This document shows positions 26,018 through 38,473 of a stretch of DNA of 64,000 bases, one piece after another. A model generated the notes under the pieces. That model did no database searches. It saw only the letters and a list, made by a program, of their open reading frames with translations, and was not told the DNA's origin. The stretch's first letter is position 1. Every line of letters starts with the position of its first letter. Source of the stretch: Sminthopsis crassicaudata (lineage: Eukaryota); the NCBI RefSeq assembly GCF_048593235.1, contig NC_133621.1, positions 91,255,148 through 91,319,147 on the forward strand, read 5' to 3'. The translations under genes were made by a program, and so were the position numbers.

Positions 26018-29000
26018 TGTGAGAAATGGATGGGCATTCTGGTTTCCACCATTTTAAAAATTAAATTGGAGAAATGAAACAAATTAGAAAACTGAAATCC
26101 ACAAGGACATCAAGGAATAATCAAGGGTGGAGATTACCTTCCTCCAAATGAAGGTAAACTCCTTGGGGGCAGGAACTGATTTTTTGTAATCAGGGGTGGT
26201 AGCCTGAGATTTGAAAAGAATCTTTTAGTCTTTGCCCTCATCCCTCCTCTGTTAATCCCCCCCCCCCTTCAAGAATGGAAGCTCCTTTGGAGAAAGGACT
26301 GGTTATGTAATGAAGGGTGGAGATTCATGTCATGTAATATTCAATTAATGAGGAATCAGGGGAGGAACTTGTGCTTCAGGGTAGGAAATAAAATGTTGCC
26401 TTTGGAGTTTCAAAGGTATGTCTACTCACCCAGGGACCCATTCTTGCAACAATGTAAAATAAATCTTTCCTGCACTCATCAGTAAGTCAGTGGAGTTCTT
26501 GATAACATATTTTGTTTCCTATAAATGGGGGCTCATCTGGGATCCATACATTATGAATTCAGACCTGTTCAAGCACAAGGGGACTCCTCCCAGTCATTTC
26601 AATAACCTTATGTTTCAGCTCAGGTTTTCCCCCTCATAGCCTGATCCCAAGATCCCAAGACCACGTTGGTAAATAAGGTTGCTGATGAATCTAAGAATCA
26701 GGAAGAAAACTAGATTTTGCAGCAGCCAAGCAAACTGTTCTCAGACCAAAGGTCAGAACATGGACTATTTAGTATTGTCTTTGGTAGCTGAGGCCATCTT
26801 ACAGGGTTCTGAGGTGTCAGACAAATTAGTAAAATAGGGAATATAATGGTATCAAGGAGTAAGAACTCATGGGACATTCTTCTCATTTAGTCCTAGGAAA
26901 GGGTTGTCAGGAAATCTAGAGCTGAGTAAATATTAGTGAACTGGGATCACTGGAGTGTGGAGATCTCCATAATGGGGGGCAGGAAGGATCTTCATGAAAG
27001 AAATTTACAAGAAACTCTAATAAAGAAAGAAGTAGGATAGTTTTCCAGGTAGTAGGGAAGGAACAACTCTGTACTAGACAGAAAGAAAAGAAATTTAAAA
27101 GCAGTTTGTGTTTGTGTGTATGTATGTATGTTTTGTCTTCAATATTTCAGGCAGCTGAGTTACAAAGGGAAAAAATGTGGCCATTTTGGGATTTAAAAGC
27201 ACTTGTAAGTCATCTTGTTGCAAATTTGCTGAATTTTTCTGAAGCTTTCAAGGTTCTCTCTCTAGAGGAGATTAGGAATGACCAAGGCCATTGTATGTGG
27301 ATTTACACCTTGACCAGCTTTTTCAAAGGATGATAGGCTCCACCAAACCCCATGCTCTGAAGTCAGCCTTGGTTTTTCTCTACATGGATTCTATGTTCTC
27401 CAACCCCCTCCCCAGAGTCCCCAAACTCTTTTCAGGGGACTCTGGATTCTGTAAGAGGGTATCATCTATTTCCATGTGGCTTGGGGAAATCTAGGGAAAT
27501 CCACTTTACATTTTAAAATCTTTTCCCCTTCCCAATACAGTGGTCCACATAGGGAAGAGTACATAATTTAGGTAGGGGGAGATAGGTTCTATTGCCATTT
27601 TGTTTCCAGGGGCCTGTGTCTGCATCTCAGGTTTCAAATAGTTTACTGCCTTTTCAAAGATTTCAAGCACTCTAGGAGAATAGAGTTTTGAGGAGGAAAG
27701 AGTTTTCTCCCCAAAATGTGACTTTATTTACTGTGTGTTTAAATTTAAATGGTAATTTAAATATATTTATTTAGCATATTAAATATATTTTAAAATAAAT
27801 TAATATATTAAAATAATATTAAAATATTTAATAAATATATTAAATAATATAGAATTATTTTCAATTGTTGCATTTGGGATAAGATTTTTTAAAAATGTGT
27901 GCATTCATGTTGTAGTATTGCTACTAGAAGTTTAACTATGTATTTGATTTGATTTTAAGTTTAAATTCTTTTAGGGTTGTTTTTCTTTTAACTTTGAGCA
28001 ACTCACCTTCAAATAACCATCACTAGACAGCTGTACTGGCCAGCTTCAGGGATCTCATTCAACCCACTGGATCTTCAATTAGTTCAAGCCTCTTCAAATG
28101 AGACCCTATAGGATGACCCAGTTCAATGCCCATTCTCAGCAAAAAGTAGTTTCAAAAGATGAGATCATTTCTCTATACTCCAAAAGACTTTGGGCACCAT
28201 TTGTTTGGGAAGAAACTGGAACTGGTTGATGAATAGACCTCAAATTACTCAGTGTCTAAGTGAAAGGCGTCTAGCAATCCTGTGAAGAGAGGAGGCTATC
28301 AATGCTACTCCCCTGCTACAATAGCAGTTGGGACTTAGGATGGTGACATCAGATTAAGATTTGTGTTAATATTGTTGAAAAAGGATATCCCTTAAATAAT
28401 TCAATTTAATGCTTGCCAAATTATAGAATTGTAGAGGCTTGACTATCCTTGACAAATAAGTACAACTGTGTCCTAATAGAGAAAGAGGAATTTTTGAATT
28501 GCTGGTCCAATTTGGAATAATGTTTGGTTTGCTACAAGGACTGGATATTTAGAAAATGCAGATCAAAAAGTAAGTTGGTAATACATTAATAGGTATAGAT
28601 CTCTTAAGAGGATTTGGAATCAGATTAAGGATTTAAGGCAAGTGATAGATACCAATGCCTGGGTAGAATTGGTAAAGTACTTTGTAAAAAATCTTTACAA
28701 AAAGCATTTTCTATGTCTATACTATGGGTTCCCCAAGTCCCGATAGAGTATCATTCCCCTTGAGTATGGAAAAATGAGAGTGAATTCCTCCTGTTCCTAA
28801 AATAACATCTCTGGGGAGAATTGCAATGCATTATACTAGCCCCTTACTTCTGGAGTAATATATATTGTCTCTGATGGCAGGGTAAAAGATACCAAAACCT
28901 AGGGACTTATGTGGCCTGTACCTGAGTCTGAAATGTAACTGATGGTAGTTTTGACAATTTCTTGAATGAGCATACCCCAAGCATACCTTGGATGGTATTA

Positions 29001-29809
29001 TGGAAACTGCACTTTCAAACCTGCTTTATTAAGGCGGCACTTGTGCACTGATCTAATTGACTATTTCTTTTACACTGGCATTTGACTGAATCAGGAAAAA
29101 TTAAATCAAGGACAGTAACTGATGAATTCAAGGCCAGAAATCTAGTTCTGGAGTTGGGTTATTCCTACTGTGATGAGTAAATATTATTGGATAAGTTAAC
29201 TCAGAGAGGCAATGAAGGGAATAGCAGAATAGTTAGATGCCACTAGCAGAATGACATGGGAAAATAGAATGACTCTAGAAAAGTTATTGGAAAAGAAGGA
29301 ACATGTGTTACATTTGGAAGTAGTTTCACTCCTAGTACAGCCCTATGAGAAGAATGACCAGAATTCAGGGATTATCCATCTATGTAAAGAGATCTGTTTA
29401 GGGATTAATAGATTTTTAGGAGGTGCAAAATTTGAGGGGTTAGAAAAGGATGTGGAAATCAAATGATTAAAAAGAAGAAAAGGGACAAATTGTGAGAAAT
29501 GGATGGCATTCTGTTTTCTACAATTTAAAAAATTAAATTGGAGAAATGAAACTTAAATTAGAAAGCTGAAACCTTTGGGGACATCAAAGAATAATCAAAG
29601 TGGGAGGTTATCTTCCCCCAAAAGAATGTAAGCTCCTTGGGCAAGGAATGACTTTTGTAATCAAAGGTGGTGGCCTGAAATTTGAAAAGAATCTTTTGGC
29701 ACCCATTCTTGCAAGAATGCAGTTTTTTTCCTGCATTCATCAATGAGTCAGTGGAGTTCTTGGTAGGTAAGAAACAAAGCATCTTACAATGAAATATTCT
29801 TTGCTCATA
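26018..29809 (+). mobile_element. Internally deleted ERV1 (gamma-like) provirus: 5' LTR 26018-~26523, PBS, degraded internal region, PPT, 3' LTR 29491-~29809
   Basis: Both LTRs start TGTGAGAAATGGATG and share long blocks. The PBS TGGGGGCTCATCTGGGAT (26526-26543) matches tRNA-Pro with two CpG-type changes. A purine tract precedes 29491. The internal region is only ~2.9 kb. Confidence 0.85.
29212..29300 (+). pseudogene. env: env transmembrane-subunit remnant (immunosuppressive-domain region)
   Basis: MKGIAE*LDATSRMTWENRMTLEKLLEKKEHV resembles the class I ERV TM motif GIAEQL..TS.MAWENR.ALD..LAEKGGVC. Confidence 0.7.
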
Positions 29810-31548
29810 CATGGTTGTACATGGTTTGGTAGCAACTATGTATTAATAGTTTTTGGAAGAAAATAAATAGAAATAAGGAATAAAGAAACAAATAGAAAAA
29901 AAAGGAATAGAGTTATCTGTGTACAAGCAAGGAAAGAAAGCAGAAACATAGTAGAAATACCTACTCAATACACAACTCAATGAGCCAGGGAAAGTCTGTT
30001 TCAAAAAAACATATAGATCAGGAGATTTGAAAATTTGCCCTAGCTAGTATGTAACCAGTTTATTCCTCATTTAAAATTTTTTGGAGTGACTATATTATCT
30101 TAAGTTTGATCAGCAGATTAGTTCACAGTGCTGATGAATCAAAGTTTGAAGTTAGATTCATAAGTGGACCTGCTAGCTCTCTGTGAAATTCAATTCTGTG
30201 ATTATAGTTAACTCTCTGAGATTTGTTAACCAATGAGGAAATTATTCTGTATCATTTAATAATGTAATTGACTGTATTCCCCATTTTATCAAGCTAAATT
30301 TCTGTATTCTGGTATTAACTCAAGAAAGTTGTGGTTAAAAGAAAATGTTGATATCATTCATGCCATTGGAGGCCCTGGATCATCTACTCATTGTAAGAAT
30401 AGGTTTAATCTGTTGCCATTTCCCAAAAGACAAGCCATCTGTCCTTGTCTCTCCTTGTGCAATTAGGGGAGACTTGCTTACCCTAAGAAGACAACAAATC
30501 TGGTGGTTCTGGTTATCTAAGAAAGATTACAAAAGGCAGATGAATTCCATAAAACAATGAACATTCCTTAGTTGTTAGAAGAGGTCATTCCTGAATTCAT
30601 TTTTCCTAGTATAACTAATGATAAAGTTCCAAAACTATCCAGTTGCCCTCTCTTTTCCTGTATATTAATTAAGAACATACTCCCCTTTCTCATTGGGATC
30701 ACTGTAAACTCCGAACTAGCTCCCTGGAGGCCTCAGGATCAGCTAGAGTCAGGATTAGTAAAAGTCCTTGGTCTTTAGGGGGAGAAGTGAAGGAAATGGG
30801 CAAAACTGCCACAAGCTTGCCACCAACCTCCCTTCTCATGATCCTGCTACAAAGTGAAGTTCTCTGGCCTCTGTCACCCCACCCCCTAATCCTTCCCTAC
30901 AATTCTCTTAACCCCAAACATTGAGCTAGCATTAACTGTGAGAAGAGCAATTCTAAACATGCTAATAGAATTATTCATTGCCCAATAAGTAATTAACCTT
31001 AAGTGCTTGGTTTTCTGATTCAAGTACATCTTTTAAGAGTTTCAGCCCTTTACAAGTCACTAACAAAGGTGGCCAGTCTAACTGCTTTGTAAACAGTTAT
31101 ACAGGTTGCTGTTAATAAAAATTATGCTTGGAGTATGATCTTTAGTTTACCTTCCTTACTTTAACTCCTCCACACCAATTTTGAGTAGCCAATAGAAGGA
31201 AGACTGGCCACTATTAGCTACACTTTATCACTATCCCTAGGAAAAAAACCCCAAACCCTCAAAGCACATTTTCTTGAATAGTAAGATATTCATGTACAGA
31301 TTGAGATAGGGAGAGGGGGAGCAGAGTGAGATTGAAGTATAAACACATGTAATCCACAACCAGAAAACCCTAAACAATATGTATCCTGGAAGAATTTTCA
31401 TTGCTTTTTTATATTATGTAGTTCACAATTATTTTTCTGTGTTTACCATTTCTAGCTTTTGTCTCAGCTGATGTTACTGTACTTTCTTGATGTGCTGTTA
31501 CAATGCTTTTTTCTGCTGGGGTACTATTTTGCTCTTTCAGAAAGGTCA

Positions 31549-32117
31549 TGATGAAGAAACCCCAAAACTCTTAAAACATCCTTGAACTCTGCCTCAGGGA
31601 AGGGACTCCACCCCAAGCACAAACAGTTTCATCCTTATCTAGCTCAATCCCAAAACCCATTGAATTCTATTCAAATTCTAACCCTGGCTGAAACTTAAGC
31701 CCAAAGCCAACCTGGGACTCCACCCACAAGCTCCTTCAGATTGTCCAAAGGCCCCCTATTATAAAAAGAGCCAAACTGGAGTCCACTCTGCAGAGGTTCC
31801 AAACTTGGCATCCTTACACCTGCCATGTCAAGGATTTCTGCCCACTGGAACCAACTCTGGCTCTGGTGGCTTCCTACTTTTTAACCTTATTTCCAAACCC
31901 TATAACAAACCTCTTTTATCAACCTAGGTTTTTTGGGTCTGTAAATTCCTTTACAGAAGACTCTTGCACCACTACTAGACCTCATTTAACTCTGTATTCT
32001 CGCGCCAAATCCAAAGGGGTTGCAGGGGAGCTCTATTTGACTCCCTTGCCCCGAACCTTCCACTAGACCTCAATTAAACCTAATTTCATTTAGGTACCCC
32101 TTATCTAGTTCTCATCC
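31549..32117 (+). mobile_element. ERV1-type solo LTR, same family as 5335-6071 and 62.7-63.3 kb
   Basis: TGATG start, TATAAAAAGAGCC box, shared block CTAGGTTTT..GGTCTGTAAATTCCTTTACAG, and an end at TCTAGTTCTCATC. Confidence 0.8.
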
Positions 32118-32534
32118 TCAGAGATTCTTTGTATAGCATTGATGATGGGTATGTTAAAGACTGATCTAACCCACAGTCAAATTTGAAAAATCCTACAAAT
32201 CATAAATTGATTTATTGTCTTGTTCATTGCTTAGACTTAAGAAAGTAATGGGAGAAATGGTAATAATGAAGATGAAACTTAAAAACATGTCCTATATATA
32301 TTTATTTTAGAAGTTAGGATCTCAGGTACTGACAGGCTGACAGGTGAGGTAGACCTTATCCTGTCTGAAAATTCCTTGGTCCAAAGTTGGTTCCCTTAGT
32401 AAGGGACTCCTCGCTGGCTTATGATGTCCATCCCACTTAAGTTCTCTAGATTTCTTTCAGATTTTATATAAATAAGGGGCTGGGGGCAGAGCTAGTGAAA
32501 GTAGTCTATGCCCTGAAGGATGATCTCTGTAGAC

Positions 32535-32572
32535 TTTATATACATATACATATATATATATGTATGTACATG

Positions 32573-32603
<31 letters not shown>

Positions 32604-32632
32604 GTACATGTATATATATATGTGTATATGTA
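32535..32632. repeat. (TA/TG)-rich microsatellite
   Basis: Directly visible. Other AT-rich low-complexity tracts lie at ~24660-24800, ~27760-27850, ~42820-42930 and ~48715-48760; (TG)n at ~25938-25970. Confidence 0.85.
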
Positions 32633-34599
32633 TTATAGAATGCTTAATTTACATAAAAGATCCTTACCTTCATATTTCATTGTCTTTGTCATTGTCTCTT
32701 TAAATATTTCACTTTGATAAAATCTAAATAGAGCACACACATCATCAAATTCTCAAAATTACTTTGTATCTATATTTTTCTTACTTTTCTATATGTTGTA
32801 TCCCTCCTCTTTTAGTAGAGGTATCCTTAAAGTTAAGAAGTATATTATTTTCCATTTTGTATCCCTAGTTTTGGTGTAGTACATTTAATGTTGTAGGCTC
32901 TTAATTATGTTTGTTGAATCAATGCAGTTATTTTGACAGAAGTGAATTAGTCTTGTAATTAATCTGCTGGTATGCATTTACATTAGTACTTAATCTGAAA
33001 TGCAAGTAGATAGGAAAGAAGTATAAGGCAGAGTCCCTGCTTTCAAGGAGCTTGGGAAAAAATGAATAGGATTTAGATAGAAAAAATGCAAAAACAGAAC
33101 AAAGAAAAGGGAAGCAATCAGGTCTGGGAGACATGAACAACATGAGCAAATCATAGAAATAAGAATGATTTTGGTAGATTTTGAGTAGACTGAGGAGACC
33201 AACTTAATTGAAGTAAAATATAGGTGTTGAGGAGAAGTATAAAATAGGTTGAGACAAATAGGGTATAATCAAATGGTGGAAGACTTTAAAAAAAGGAGGA
33301 AAAGAAGTCTAACTTTCATGTAATAGAATATAGGTAACTACTGAAGATTTTAGAGCATGGGAATTCCATGGTGAAACTTTTTAAGAAAGATTCTAGAGGC
33401 AAAGGGACCACCTGGGAGACTCCTGCCAATAGTTCAGGCATGAATTGGTAAAGACAGAGATTTAGGGTAATAGCAATTTAAATAGCAATGAAGAGATGAA
33501 TAAAAGAGAACATTTATTACCATTTATTTTTACCATTATTTTGAACATTCTTTCTCCTTCTTTAACTTTTTCTTTACCCAATGAGAAGGCAAACACTATC
33601 ATATGAATTATACATGTAAAATTATACAAATAATTAGCTGTGTTGCAAAAAAGCAAGTCTTTCACAGTATTGTTACAGTATACAATAATCTCCTGGTTCT
33701 GTTTATCTCACCCCAACACTTCATAGATGGTTTTCAGTTTTTTTGAAAGTGCCTTGCTCATTATTTCTTATAGTACAATAATATTCCATCACAAATAAAT
33801 ACCACAGCTTTTTTAACCATTCCACAATTGATATATATCCCCTCAGTTTTCAATTCTTTGTACCACAGAAAGAGCTGTTATATTCTTTTGTATCTTGAGG
33901 CCATTTTCTTTATTCTTTGATCTCTTTGATATATAGACCTAGTAAAGATATTGCTAGGTTAAAGGTTATGTTGTGTCCTACTCTTCATGATGCTATGTGG
34001 GGTTTTCTTGGCAAAGATACTCAAAATGGTTTGCCATTTTCTTCTCCAACTCATTTTATAAGAGGAGGAAACTGAGGTAAACAGAGTTAAGTGACTTGCC
34101 TAGGGTCATACAACTAGTAAATATCTGAGACTACATCTGAATTTAGGTCTTCCCAATTCCAGCTCAACACTTTCTCCACTATGCCACCAATTTGCCCCAT
34201 AGCCTTGTCCAAATTGTTCTCAAGAATGGTTGAATCAGTTTGCAATTCCATCAATAGTCCTTTAGTGTACCTAATTTTTATACATCCCCTCCAGAATTTG
34301 TCTTTTTCCTTTTCTATCATGTGAAAATGTGAGGTAGTACCTCAGAATTGTTTTACTTCACATTTCTCTGATCAGTAATAATTTAGGGCATTTTTTTCTT
34401 GTGGCTATAGACAGCTTTGATTCCTTCTTCTGAAAACTGCCTGGGCATTTATAAATTTGATTCAATTCCCTATATATTTGAAAAACAAGATCTTTAATAC
34501 AGAAATTTGCTGTAATTTTTTTTTATATTAATTACTTCATTGTCTGGGGGTACCTTTTAGCAAAATGTGGTTTCCCTGTTTTTGTGTTTTAATTTAATT

Positions 34600-34740
34600 N
34601 NNNNNNNNNNNNNNNNNNNNNNNNNNNNNNNNNNNNNNNNNNNNNNNNNNNNNNNNNNNNNNNNNNNNNNNNNNNNNNNNNNNNNNNNNNNNNNNNNNNN
34701 NNNNNNNNNNNNNNNNNNNNNNNNNNNNNNNNNNNNNNNN
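34600..34740. other. Assembly gap (N run)
   Basis: Run of N. Confidence 0.99.
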
Positions 34741-35039
34741 ATATATTTTACTTTAGTTAGATTGGTTTCCTCAGTCTACTCAAAATCTCCAGCCTCTAAT
34801 TTTAAATCTGTGTATTTCTGTGACAAAGAATTTTAAAGGAAAAATCAATGGGACTTCATGACTTATATGAGAGAATGCAGGAAAAGTAAAGAATCATAGA
34901 TTATAAAAGAAAAAAAGGAAAGTCAACATGGTTTATATTTTTACAAATAAACTAAGTGATAGTAATCAAAATACTTTTGATTTATCATAGTTTAAAATCA
35001 CTTATTGAATGCCTGCTTTATACGTGATATGACAAGATT

Positions 35040-37930
35040 GCTAACTAGGAATTTTTTTATGTTAAAATATATGTTAAATTCAATATATATATTAATATTT
35101 ATACAATTATTTTTCTGCACAAGAAAAATCGGATCAAGAAGGGAAAAAAAATGAGAAAGAAAACAAAATACAAGCAAACAACAACAGAAAGAGTGAAAAT
35201 GTTATGCTATGATCCACACTCAGTTCTCACAGTCCTCTTTCTGGATTTAGATGGCTTTCTTCATCACAAGATTATTGGAACTGATCTGAATCATCTCATT
35301 GTTGGAAAGAGCCACATCTATTAGAATTACTTATTGTATAATCTTATTGTTGCCTTATACCATGATCTCCTGGTTCTACTCACTTTACTTAACTTTCCCT
35401 GAGGCTGGGGTTAAGTGACTTGGGCAGGGTCACACAGCTAGGAAGTGTTGTGTCTGAGAACAGATTTGAACTCCGGTCCTCCTGAATTCAAGGCTAGTGC
35501 TCTATCTACTGCGTCACCTAGCTGCCCCTTAATCTTGTATATTTCACAATATACTATTTCACATATTATTTACAAAATAATACATTTCATAATCTCACCA
35601 AGCTCTAGGTTTTTATAAATAATCATTAAAAGTCCTTTAATTCTTTAAAAACCCATTTCCTTCTCAACTTAATTAATCTTGATTGTAAATCTTTTATCTT
35701 TTGGAATATTCCAAGATCTTTTTTTATTTATGTATGAAGGTACCAGTTCTTACATGATCCTGCCAAAAGTTCCTTAGTGCTTGAACAACTTTGTAATATT
35801 TTTATTTTGATATGGGAACTCTTTTGGTTATCATGATATTGGGAATTTTTTCTTTCTTTTTTTTTTTTCCAGAAGATAATTGGTGAATTCTTTTCCCCCT
35901 TTGGTTCTAATAGAGCTAAACAATTTTTATTTGTGATTTCTTAAATATGGTGTTCATCCTTTTAAAAATGATTTTCAGGAAGTCTGAAGTTTCTTTAATT
36001 TTCTCTCTGTCACTTGTTTTCCAGTTTTACTTTTTTTATATCAATTTTACATTTTTCTTCCATTTTTTCATTCTTTTGATTTTTTCCTAATATTTCTTAA
36101 CTATATTATGAAAACATTGATATATTTGGTCCATTTTAATTTTTGGAACTCCATAATTTGCCTAAGGTATACCATTTTCTCTTTTAAGTTGCTTATTCTC
36201 ATTCTTTTCTCAAAAATTCTTATTTCATTTTATTGTAAGCAGGTAGGTGACACAATGGGCAGAGCCTTGGACTTAGAGTCAGGAAAAACTGAGTTCAAAT
36301 TCAACCTCACACAATTCCTAGAGATGACCCTGAGCAAATTACTTAACTTCTGTATGCCTCAGTTTCCTTTTCTATAAAGTGGGGATAATTATAGTCCTAT
36401 CTTCTAGAGTTGTAGTGAGAATAGAAATAATATTTGCAAAGGTTGTTATAAATCCTGAATCTAGCTTAAATACTAGCTGTTCTTCTTATTATTTTTAATA
36501 CCTTGCTACATTTTTTCTAGGTATTTTCATAGTTCTTGCTGAAAAATCTTTTTTTTTTTTTTTTCATTTGATTCTTTGCTTGTAGAGTTGCTCATATTTC
36601 TAGAGGATATCTAAATCTACTACCAGTTAGTGTCTTCTTTGATTTACTTACTTTGGGCTTCAGTTCCTGAAAAGGGACTTTGTGCTAGGATTAAGCTATG
36701 CCCTTTGTACCCTTTTGGATCAAGTCGATTACTACTCTCACTCTAGTTCCCTAGAGTTCTTGTGTTGACCCCCATTTCCCATGATGAGCCCCACACTCTG
36801 GATCTTTGAGGCCCTCTCTGGAATCTCAATACCTATATGGAGTGTTAGGGAACTCAAAACTTTTAGGTTTGGTTTGTCCTTGCCTGAGCACCACAGCAGC
36901 ATAATGGCTGCTGCCAATTGATGATCCCAAAAGCTTCCAAGGTTCCTTCTTTGGAATTTTTTGGAAAATTTGAAGTTTTGTGATCACCCTGGATAATAAT
37001 CAGGCAAAATATCTGTTTCAGACTGTATCCCTGATACCATCCTCAGTCTGATTTGTAGACATATTTTTGCATTTCCTATTGTGGTATCTCATCCTCACAT
37101 AGAGATAACCTAAGGTCTGGAAAGCTCTGTAAAGAAAGTACCTATTTGAATACAGGGCCCATCACAGATGATACATGTTTTATTCAAAGACCAGCTTCTG
37201 TTAGGAGAAACTTATCCCTAAGGAGGTGAACTTTGAGTTTTTTTTAAAAAAAACATGATAAAATATATATTAAATACAATATATGTATACATATTTATAC
37301 AATTATTTTGCTACACAAGAAAAATCAGATCAAAAAAGAAAAAAGAGAAAAAATAAAATGCAAGCAAACAACAATAAAAAGAGTGAAATTGCTATGTTAT
37401 GATCCACACTCAGTTCCCATGGTCCTCTCTCTGGGTGTAGATGGCTCTCCTCATCACAAGATCATTGGAACTGGTTTGAATCATCTCATTGTTGAAAAGA
37501 GCCACATTCCTCAGAATTGATCATCATATAATCTTCTTGTTGCCATGTACAATGATCTCCTGGTTCTGCTCATTTCATTTAGCATCATTTCATGTAAGTC
37601 TCTCCAGGCCTCTCTGAAATCATCTGCTCTGAAATAATCATTTCTTGTAGAACAATAATATTCCATAATATTAATATACCATAACTTATTCAATCATTCT
37701 CCAACTGATGGGCATTCACCCAGTTTCCAGTTTCTAGCACTATAAAAAGGGCTGCCACAAACATTTTTGCACATGTAGGTCCTTTTCCTTCCTTTAAGAT
37801 CTCTTTGGGATATAAGCCCAGTAGAAACTATGCACATTTTGATAGCCTTTTGGATATAAGTCCAAATTGCTCTTCAAAATGGTTGGATCAGTTCACAACT
37901 CTACCAACAATGTATTAGTGTCATTTTGGG
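35040..37930 (-). mobile_element. Cluster of L1 fragments (3' ends, ORF2 tail, degraded ORF1/5' region) with SINE insertions
   Basis: ORF 37511..37693 (NKLWYINIMEYYCS...EAWRDLHEMML) is the L1 ORF2 C-terminus. L1 3' UTR text is repeated at 35.1-35.4 kb and 37.3-37.9 kb. Confidence 0.65.
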
Positions 37931-38087
37931 TTTTTTGGGGGGAGAGAAGAGAGGTAGGATGGAATGAATAAGAATTCAGAATGATTGCTTACTAAAGAAC
38001 CTTTAAAAATTGTGTTCTTTCTTTGTAGAGCAATTCCTCATACTAAGATAGGAGAGAAAAGGGTCCTTGTGGAAAATATTTATCATT

Positions 38088-38426
38088 GGAAGTGGAAATC
38101 TTCAACATAAAGAAGATCCAATTCACTTCTAGTTGATCAATGATGGACAGAAATAACTACACCCAGAGAAGGAACACTGGGAAGTGAATGTAAATTGTTA
38201 GCACTACTGTCTATCTACCCAGGTTACTTATACCTTCGGAAGCTAATAATTAATGTGCAACAAGAAAATGGTATTTACACACATATATTGTATCTAGGTT
38301 ATATTGTAACACATGTAAAATGTATGGGATTACCTGTCATCGGGGGGAGGGAGTGGAGGGAGGGAGGGGATAATTTGGAAAAATGAATAAAAATAAAAAA
38401 AAATAAAAAAAAAGAAAGAAGCAAAA
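38088..38426 (+). mobile_element. 5'-truncated L1 3' end with poly(A) and 15-bp TSD
   Basis: TSD AAAATATTTATCATT at 38073-38087 and 38427-38441, with a G-rich tract and an A tail. Confidence 0.85.
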
Positions 38427-38473
38427 AAAATATTTATCATTTAATGTTTTCATCATTAGCAAAAACTACTATC

